From Octopus bimaculoides (Eukaryota), in contig NC_068981.1 of NCBI RefSeq assembly GCF_001194135.2, forward strand, positions 112,214,791 to 112,247,572: DNA of 32,782 nt. Reading direction: 5' to 3'. Positions 24,411-32,782 of this stretch are shown in pieces. Made by a program: the position numbers and the translations under genes. Position 1 is the first letter of the stretch; the number at the start of each line of letters is the position of its first letter. Below the pieces are notes generated by a model that was not told the DNA's origin, ran no database searches, and worked only from the letters and a program-made list of their open reading frames with translations.

Positions 24411-25747
24411 GCACTGAATAACATCTCTCCTTCCCAAGCCTCACCCCACATTCCTTTCTCAGTTTTCAGAGTTGGCACAGTCAATGTAGGCACACTGAAA
24501 AGTAGGTCTAGTGAGATTGTAGAGATGCTTGAAAAAGGAGACGTGTCAATGTATGCTGCACACAAGAGGTAAGATGGAGAGGAGCTTCAGCTAGGGTCCT
24601 CACAGGCAAGGTACATAGGTATAAAATCTTCTGGCAAGGTAACATGGATGGAATGGGGGGGGGTAGGCATACTCCTTGCAGAGAAATGGGTAGATAAAGT
24701 CATAGAGGTTGTCAGGGTATGCGATAGAGTGCTTAAGCGCAGGCTAGTCCTGCAGAACAGCACAGCTACAATTATCTCTGGCCACACCCCACAAGTGGGC
24801 CTACCAAATGATCAGAAGGACCATCTTTATGATACCCTTCTACAGGCTACTTCAATAACGAGTGGCATTGACCTCATCTTTGCTTCTGGAGATTTTAATG
24901 GGTATGTTGGGCAGCAATCCGGTATCTTCACTGGTGTACACGGGAGCCATGGTATTGGTTCCCGAAACAATGAGGGAACTAGGCTACTGGAGTTCTGCGA
25001 TGCATGTAACCTTTTAATCTGCAACACTAAATTCAGGAAACCAGACAGCCACCTGATAACCTATCAATCAGGTTTCTCTGCTAGCCAGATTGATTTCATC
25101 CTCACTAGACAGCGGGACATAGAAGGTAGCTGGAAATTCCTATGGGACAGCTTGCTGAGTACCACAGACCAAGTCTGTGGATGGTGCATAGTCCCTTCCA
25201 GACCTAGAGTTACATGGTGGTGGAATAGTACAGTAGGCAAAGCCATTAGAGCAAAAAAACAGGCCTAGAAGGGTGGGGGTGGAGCTAGCAGGGAAGTCTA
25301 CCAGGTAGCCAAAAGGGAGGCTGGACAGCAGGTTTACATAGCCAAGGGTGTAGCAGAAAAGAAGTTTGCCAATGTCCAGCGACGTGAGAACCAAAGAACT
25401 GAAATATTTCGGATTGCAAGACAGTGTGTGAGAAAAAATTGTGATGCCACAGGAGAGAAATGTGTTCGCATGGATGATGTTGTACTTGCTTTTAATGATT
25501 CTGAAAAGAAAGAGGCTTGCAGAAGCCATTATGAAAGATTGCTGAACGTGGAGAATGAATGGGAGGAGGAGAGCTTGCCAAATGTTGATACAGTAGAGGG
25601 ACCAGTTATCCGAATAGACTCTGGTAGATAAAGTAATTAAGGGTATGACGCCAGGAAAAGCCCCCAGCCCATCTGGAATCACTGCTGAGATGCTTAAAAT
25701 ATCTCGTGGTGTGGGCTATGGCCTAGTCACCCACATTGTAAACCAGG
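24411..25747 (+). mobile_element. RTE LINE 5' half: APE endonuclease and linker
   Basis: FRVGTVNVGTLKSRSSEIVEMLE..QEVRWRGAS..GGVGILLAEKW..SGDFNGYVG..RNNEGTRLLEFCD..SQIDFIL, ending SGITAEMLK..VTHIVNQ. Confidence 0.92.
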
Positions 25748-25782
25748 CATGTATGTGTATATCTATGTGTTTGTGTGTGTGC

Positions 25783-25814
<32 letters not shown>

Positions 25815-25962
25815 NNNNNNNNNNNNNNNNNNNNNNNNNNNNNNNNNNNNNNNNNNNNNNNNNNNNNNNNNNNNNNNNNNNNNNNNNNNNNNNNNNNNNN
25901 NNNNNNNNNNNNNNNNNNNNNNNNNNNNNNNNNNNNNNNNNNNNNNNNNNNNNNNNNNNNNN
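25815..25962. other. Assembly gap (N)
   Basis: Run of N. Other gaps: 29853-30579, 31407-31416, 31756-31855. Confidence 1.
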
Positions 25963-27562
25963 CAAGACAGGATGCCCCTGGGAGCTCCTCTATGCTAATG
26001 ACCTTGCTCTAATTGCTGAATCACTATCAGAACTAGAGGAGAAGTTTAGGTGTGGAAGCAAGGACTAGAATCAAAGGGCCTTAGAGTCAACCTAGTAAAA
26101 ACCAAAGTCCTAATAAGTAGGAAGGTAGACAAAACACAAACCCCTTCAGGCAGATGGCCCTGCTCAATCTGTAGAAAAGGCATAGGTAGAAACTCTATAA
26201 GATGTACCCAGTGTAAGCTATGGACACATAAGGTGTAGCAATATCAAAGGAAGGCTAACTAGGAAGATAGTTTTTGTAAATAAACACTGTAAATGTGCTG
26301 AGAACAACTTCTAGAAGTAGTTGATAGCTTCTGTTACCTAGGTGACCAAATCAGTAGCGGGGGAGGGTGCACTGAAAGTGTAGCCAGAATAAGAATAGCT
26401 TGGGCAAAGTTCAGAAAGATCTTATCTCTGCTGGTGACAAAGGGCCTCTCGCTCAGAGTAAAAGGCAGTCTGTATGACGCATGTGTACGAACAGCCATGC
26501 TACATGGCAGTAAAACATGGGCCGTGACTGCTGAGGACATGCGTAAGCTCACAAGGAATGAAGCCAGTATGTTCCGATGGATGAGTAATGTCAGTGTGCA
26601 TACTCAGCAGAGTGTAAGTACCTTGAGAGAAAAGTTGGACTCAAGAAGCATCAGTTGTGGTGTGCAAGAGAGACGATTGCGCTTGTATGGTCATTTGGCG
26701 AGAATGGATGAGGATAGCTGTGTGAAAAAGTATTACAGCCTAGCGGTTGAGGGTACCTGTGGAAGAGGTAGACGCAGGAAGACCTGGGATGAGGTGGTGA
26801 AGCACAACCTTTAAACATTAGGCCTGACCAAGCCAATGACTAGTGACCGAGACCTTTGGAAATATGCTGTGCGTCAGAAGACCCTGCCAGACAAGTGTGA
26901 CCATAATTCGTACCCTTTACCATGGGTGTAGCCAGCCCACTTATGCGTACCTTTCCTTCTTTGGACACAAAACCCTGCTTGCAAAGACCTGTTGAGGCAA
27001 GTGAAATCGAAATCGAACTCGAACCAAATTCGATGACTGGCACCCATGCTAACCTTCCTTCATTTGGACACTAATTTCTGTTTGTGAAGACCTGTTGGGG
27101 CAAGTGAAATCGAAACTGAACCAAATTCGATGACTGGCACCCGTGCCAGTGGAGTGCTAACAGCACCATCCGAGCAGGATCACTGCCAGAGCAGCTGCCT
27201 GGCTTCTGTGCCAGTGGCACATAAAAAGCACGATTTGAGTGTGATCATTACCAGCGTCGCCTTACTGGCACTTGTGCTGGTGGCACGTGAACAAAACATT
27301 CGAGCGAGGTCATTGCCAGTGCCACTGGACTGACTTCTGTGCAGGTGGCATGTAAAAAATACCATTTGAGCGTGGCCATTGACAGTACCGCCAGACTGGC
27401 CCCCGTGCCAGTGGCACGTAAAAGCACCCACTACACTCTCGGTGTGGTTGGCGTTAGGAAGGGCAGATTAGAGTCTGGTGCAGCCATCTGGTTCGCCAGT
27501 CCTCAGTCAAATCATCCGACCCATGCTAGCATGGAAAGCAGACGTTAAATGATGATGATGAT
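25963..27562 (+). mobile_element. RTE LINE 3' part with repeat-rich 3' UTR and (GAT)n tail
   Basis: KTGCPWELLYANDL..WPCSICRKGIGRNSIRCTQCKLWTHK..GSKTWAVTAEDMRKL..GRRRKTWDEVVKH. About 100-bp tandem duplication (26949-27045, 27052-27142), four about 65-bp GTGGCA.. units, tail GACGTTAAATGATGATGATGAT. Confidence 0.92.
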
Positions 27563-27571
27563 AAATATATA

Positions 27572-28455
27572 CACAGGTTGGGTGAAAAGTAAGTAGGCAT
27601 TAAAAATTGGTAATAAAATCCATATTCTGTTGACAAATTTATTGAAACAAATGATACATGTTCTTTATTACATGGGAAAATGAAAATAAATCTTCATATT
27701 TCAACGTAAGCACCAGTGCCGTCAACTAGTTTCCTCAAACGGCCAGGGATGGAATGAATGACTTTCTGAAGGATGTTGTCTGGGATATCATTGAGAATCT
27801 CCTCCTGAATCCATGTCTCCAAGTCCTCCAGTGTGCAAGGTTTTGTCTTGTACACCTCCTTCTTTATGTAACCCCACAGGTAACAATCACATGGAGTAAA
27901 ATGTGGACTTGTTGGAGTCCATTCCATATTCCATCCTGCAGTCACAGTCTTTGGGTTTTAGCTCTTCTACGTAATGGGGTTTCTACGGATGAAAATTCAA
28001 CTTTTTATGCAACACCATACATATTGTGTGACTTGTTAGCCAACTTTCATGAGCTGCTTGACATGTTGATTTTTGCGGACTGTGATTAAACATGCCCTGC
28101 ACTGTTGCCATGTTCTCCACTGATCAATATGTGCTTGGACGGCCACTTCTTGCATCATTCACAGAGCCCATGGTCATCAGCTTTGCATGACAACTTTTTG
28201 TCTCCAGACGTAATGATGCATGCTTGCCTTTCCATGCACACCACCATCCCTGAACCAAAACAATGGAATTCCGCACTTCATAGAGTGCCATTATCTTAGC
28301 TCACTCCTGAACAGTCCAGTGACTGGCCATCTGGAAAATAAGAAATAAGAAATCCCCTTTAGTGTTGTCTGTTTAAAATATGTTTTTGTTATGACTTCAG
28401 TGATACAAAAAATTCTATAAGCGATTTCTAATGCCTAGTTACTTTCCACTAACCA

Positions 28456-28460
<5 letters not shown>
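27572..28460 (-). mobile_element. Internally deleted Tc1/mariner-superfamily element (probably DD41D/rosa-like, WPPRSPDL-type)
   Basis: About 30-bp imperfect TIRs (CACAGGTTGGGTGAAAAGTAAGTAGGCATT versus reverse complement of 28430-28460). N-terminus from ATG 28330: MASHWTVQE*AKI..GSVNDARSGRPS..SPQKST..LNFHP*K. Joined to the C-terminus MEWTPTSPHFTPCDCYLWGYIKKEVY. Confidence 0.85.
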
Positions 28461-28620
<160 letters not shown>

Positions 28621-29131
28621 ATTATTGAATAAGTTGGAGTCAACAAGAAGAAGTATAGAGGAACATTTATTATTTGTAATCCCTACAATTGTTTCCATGC
28701 GGCGTAGTTCTCAAGCTAGCAAGTATTTTATGTAAATGCTTCCCTGTATTATGAGATCTGGTTGTGTTTCCTCAGGTGATATATAAATGTTGTTTCCATA
28801 AACTCAAATTCTCAGCGTCAAGCGCCTCCTTTTTCTTTGTCATGGCCTGCATGGTAGTAGTAGCTGCTCAATGTATGAAAAAGTGTTGTGGCTGGAAGTC
28901 TGTTGGTATACTGATTTAAATGTATGGATAGAGTTGGATGGTGGTTTTTAAGGTTCATATTAAAGGGGGTGCCATTCAGTTTCTTTGTACTGTCAGTTTA
29001 TTCTTCATGGTTGGTTACACTTGCCATTGTCCTTGGCTGACCTCCAAGAATTCAGTTGGTGAACTTACAGGTACATATACATCATTCTGTATAGATCTAT
29101 ATATATACACACCCATAGTGTTCTTTTAGTC

Positions 29132-29568
29132 GAATCACAACCAGAACTAGAGAAGAAATATCAGGTATGGAGGCAAGGTCTATAATCAAAGGGCCTTAGA
29201 GTTAACCTAGCAAATCCCTTCAGGCAAATGACCCGGCTTGATCTGTAGAAAAGGCATTAGTAGAAACTCCAGTGCAAGCTATGGAAACAGAGTTGGTGCA
29301 ACAATATCAGAGGAAGGTTAATTAGGAAAATAGTTTTTGTGTGTGGCAGATGCACAGGTATAATAAACACTGAAAATGTACAGAAAATAGACTCCATCAA
29401 CTGCCAATGGGATAAGCTACAGGTAGAAGATACCTTCCATTGTCTAGGTGACCATGTTAATAGTGGAGGTGTATGTTCCTAGAACATAGCTGCAAGAATA
29501 AGATTAAGGCGGGCAAAGTTCAGAGAGCTCCTACTTCTGTTGGCAACAATGGGCCTCTCTCCCTCAGA
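29132..29568 (+). mobile_element. RTE LINE fragment (finger region)
   Basis: ELEKKYQVWRQG..KGLRVNL..VFVCGRCTGIINT..FHCLGDH; ends at a (CA)n tract. Confidence 0.82.
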
Positions 29569-29592
29569 TACACACACACGCACGCACGCATG

Positions 29593-29632
<40 letters not shown>

Positions 29633-29650
29633 TATGTATATCTATCTGTA

Positions 29651-31034
29651 TCAGATCATCCTATATAAGTTCTGTTTGAATTTTGAATAAAGAAAATAAG
29701 CGATCAAATGTTATATTTAATTGAAATTTAATCATCAATGTACTTTCCCTGATTATCTATGACTTCCTTCCATCTATTTACAAGCTTTTTAATCTCATCA
29801 ATGTAAGACTCTTTTGGTTTCAAAGCGAAGAACTCTGAAATGTCAGTTTCAANNNNNNNNNNNNNNNNNNNNNNNNNNNNNNNNNNNNNNNNNNNNNNNN
29901 NNNNNNNNNNNNNNNNNNNNNNNNNNNNNNNNNNNNNNNNNNNNNNNNNNNNNNNNNNNNNNNNNNNNNNNNNNNNNNNNNNNNNNNNNNNNNNNNNNNN
30001 NNNNNNNNNNNNNNNNNNNNNNNNNNNNNNNNNNNNNNNNNNNNNNNNNNNNNNNNNNNNNNNNNNNNNNNNNNNNNNNNNNNNNNNNNNNNNNNNNNNN
30101 NNNNNNNNNNNNNNNNNNNNNNNNNNNNNNNNNNNNNNNNNNNNNNNNNNNNNNNNNNNNNNNNNNNNNNNNNNNNNNNNNNNNNNNNNNNNNNNNNNNN
30201 NNNNNNNNNNNNNNNNNNNNNNNNNNNNNNNNNNNNNNNNNNNNNNNNNNNNNNNNNNNNNNNNNNNNNNNNNNNNNNNNNNNNNNNNNNNNNNNNNNNN
30301 NNNNNNNNNNNNNNNNNNNNNNNNNNNNNNNNNNNNNNNNNNNNNNNNNNNNNNNNNNNNNNNNNNNNNNNNNNNNNNNNNNNNNNNNNNNNNNNNNNNN
30401 NNNNNNNNNNNNNNNNNNNNNNNNNNNNNNNNNNNNNNNNNNNNNNNNNNNNNNNNNNNNNNNNNNNNNNNNNNNNNNNNNNNNNNNNNNNNNNNNNNNN
30501 NNNNNNNNNNNNNNNNNNNNNNNNNNNNNNNNNNNNNNNNNNNNNNNNNNNNNNNNNNNNNNNNNNNNNNNNNNNNNNNTTACCAATTCTTCAACTGATA
30601 ATGCAGGATTTTCTTCAAGTAATGCCTCAAGAAGCTTATCATCAAACTCAACTGGAAGTCCTGTTCGATCTTCATCTTCAAGGCTGAAATCTCCACTTCT
30701 GAATTTTGCAAACCATCTTCTGCAAGTTCTTTCATTCAAGCATTCTTTCCTATAAACTGAGTGTATGCTTCGAGTCGATTCGGCTGCAGAGTTTCCTTTT
30801 TTGTACTCATAAAGTATTATGTGCCTCAAATGCTCTTTGGATACTTCCATGTTAGAAATGGTTTTAATCAAAGAAATTTTAATTCTATTATTCTGTAAAA
30901 TAATGTTTAATTAGTTTAAATGTACACAAATGCATAAAAATAATTTTAAATTCCAGTAGACATTCTAAAATACTATTAAATTTCATTCTATTTTAAAAAA
31001 GGTAAATTTGGACAGAACTTATGGGATGACATGA
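29651..31034 (-). mobile_element. Mariner transposon, copy 3 (Mos1/Hsmar1-type), middle hidden by an N gap
   Basis: TA-flanked imperfect TIRs (TCAGATCATCCTATATAAGTTCTGT versus reverse complement TCATGTCATCCCATAAGTTCTGT). N-terminus MEVSKEHLRHIILYEYKKG..ERTCRRWFAKFRSGDFSLEDEDRTG (ATG 30850); C-terminus EFFALKPKESYIDEIKKLVNRWKEVIDNQGKYIDD* (stop 29728-29730). Confidence 0.9.
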
Positions 31035-31070
31035 TATATATATATATATGTCTATATGTATGTATGTATG

Positions 31071-31106
<36 letters not shown>

Positions 31107-31192
31107 AAGAATGGAGAAACAAACACAAGAAGAAGCAAGTCAATTGGGCTGGTTAGCTATTGATTTAATTATGTGGAGATTATATAATGAGT

Positions 31193-31244
31193 CATTTACG
31201 ATCGTTTCAATGTGCCAAATGGTTTGGCAGATCTCTTCAGAATG
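31193..31244 (-). ncRNA. Type I hammerhead ribozyme motif (PLE-type, palindromic stem III)
   Basis: Minus strand: CAUU (stem I), CUGAAGA, GAUCUGCCAAA-CCA-UUUGGCACAUU (stem II), GAAA, CGAUCG, UA, then AAUG (stem I'). ACGAUCGU is a perfect palindrome; NUH triplet GUA. Confidence 0.8.
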
Positions 31245-31601
31245 TTGAGGAGTATGTTAGAGTTCATGGCGTGAGAGATGCAGGAGAAACAGGTAGTTGA
31301 TATAGTAATGCATATGGTGGTATAAGAATAGAGTTAGGTAAAGTTAGTCTTACATTTTAGTTGAAGTTGTGTTAATAGTCTTTCTGCAAAGGAGAGGTAG
31401 GGTGGGNNNNNNNNNNTGTTAATAGTCTTTCTGCAAAGGAGAGGTAGGGTGGGTGCTGTTCAAGCTCGTAGTTCCAATCTTAATCAGACGCATTTCGCAC
31501 GTGGTTGTTTTTAGAATTCAGGCATGTGTCTTATACTTTTAGCACCGGTGGTGTTAGTAAAGGGGAGTAACTCTAAGTTTTGGTGAAATATGTATATTAT
31601 T

Positions 31602-31871
31602 TTACTTCTTTCAGTCATTTGACTGCAGCCATGCTGCAGCACCACCTTTAGTCGAGAAAATCAACCCCAGGACTTATTCTTTGTAAGCATAGTACTTATT
31701 TCATTGGTCGCTTTTGCTGAACCACTAGGTTACGGGGATGTAAACACACCAGCATNNNNNNNNNNNNNNNNNNNNNNNNNNNNNNNNNNNNNNNNNNNNN
31801 NNNNNNNNNNNNNNNNNNNNNNNNNNNNNNNNNNNNNNNNNNNNNNNNNNNNNNNCACAGCCACTCCTGCG
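31602..31871 (-). mobile_element. tRNA-derived SINE, same family as 15358-15780, with an internal N gap
   Basis: TTTCAGTCATTTGACTGCAGCCATGCTGCAGCACCACCTTTAGTCGAG..TAAACACACCAGCAT [N] CACAGCCACTCCTGCG. Confidence 0.88.
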
Positions 31872-32295
31872 ATATATTATAATGTTAGGGAATTACAAAT
31901 TCCGAACTTACAAAGAAATACAATTTGATAATATCAAATTGAGTTGTATATTGAAAAATATTTTAATAATTTAGAGAAGAACCACCATGGTACAACTCGC
32001 ATGAAGAAGGAGATCAGGCACCAACAAGAAAAGTGTACTATACAAAACTAGTTTAAAAATCTAAAAAATTTGAGGGAGAATATATAATACATAAAATCTA
32101 TGAAATATTGGACTAAGAATTAAAATCAGTTACGTTTAAGAAACGAAAGTGGGAGAAAGACTATGCACGTTTCATGGCGACATAACAGTGGGAAATATCT
32201 GGTGAATCTACAATGATTCGAACAAGATAAATACCACTCAATATGAGGACACTTTTCAGGTCCAGTAACTTCAAAAAACATATCTTAAATTTAAA

Positions 32296-32394
32296 AATGC
32301 ATAAAATAAGAAAAGTATAAAACCTTGACAATTTCCTTTGTACTAATTGTTGCTTAAACGGACAGATTTTTATACTTTTCTTACTTTATGCATT
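32296..32394. repeat. 27-bp inverted repeat, 1 mismatch, about 45-nt loop
   Basis: AATGCATAAAATAAGAAAAGTATAAAA versus the reverse complement of TTTTATACTTTTCTTACTTTATGCATT. Confidence 0.9.
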
Positions 32395-32782
32395 AGTAAC
32401 GAATTCTTTACTGATCCTGTTTGGGATTTCTTCCGGGAATTGGTCCAGTCAGAACTGAAGTGCCTCTAGTCCATAATTATGAGGTATACTGGTGTATAAA
32501 TTAATCACATCAAATGAAACCATGATTGTTTCTTCCTTGACTTTCTTTGGGAGGTGATTTAACATATCCAAGTCATCTCTGATATGGCTATTGGTGTGTT
32601 TAAGGAAGGGTTTTAGGAGGATGTCCATAAATAGACTTAGTCTGTGTGTTTCACAGGCTGGGCCAGCTATGATGGGTCGTAGTTTTAGGTCCCCCGGGTT
32701 TGGTGTATGAAATCACAAAGAAATCCCAAACAGGATCAGTAAAGAATTCATTACTAAATCGGTTGAATTCATCTTACGAAAC
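32393..32782. mobile_element. Penelope-like element RT: inverted 5' segment (minus, 32393-32715) plus forward continuation (+, 32718 to window end)
   Basis: Minus: LKLRPIIAGPACETHRLSLFMDILLKP..SHIRDDLDML..MVSFDVINLYTSIPHNYGLEAL..EEIPNRISKEF. Plus: KEIPNRISKEFITKSVEFILRN. Confidence 0.88.

Noticed and set aside
27130-27430. Regularly spaced repeats as a CRISPR-like array
   Set aside because: Eukaryotic context; the units are degenerate over their whole length and belong to an RTE 3' UTR.
29814-30755. Long + strand ORFs of 252-313 aa
   Set aside because: Open only because they run through the N gap.
31368-31453. 37-bp direct duplication TGTTAATAGTC..GGGTGGG
   Set aside because: The copies flank a 10-N gap, typical of an unmerged contig overlap.

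Overview
AT-rich animal genomic DNA with scaffold gaps. It is most likely from an octopus (inference from SINE and RTE-tail sequences resembling families I know from Octopus; not database-confirmed). The window lies inside a + strand CARMIL (LRRC16A-like) gene. Two LRR-coding exons (1816-2003, 20800-20951) join in frame across an 18.8-kb intron via a split AG|A codon; the ORF track gives the first exon in the wrong frame. The rest is intronic and packed with decayed elements: four Tc1/mariner-superfamily copies, two Gypsy relics, many RTE-clade LINE pieces, an R4-like RLE element, Penelope-like (PLE) pieces, tRNA-derived SINEs and microsatellites. Best leads: a core-intact type I hammerhead ribozyme with palindromic stem III (31193-31244, minus strand); a PHD-like C4HC3 finger inside the RTE reverse transcriptase; three retroelements with 5'-inverted architecture; an exact 24-nt intronic copy of exon sequence; and long inverted repeats that could form dsRNA in the pre-mRNA. 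I see no convincing wholly new multi-gene system. All translations and alignments were done by eye, and repeat boundaries are approximate.
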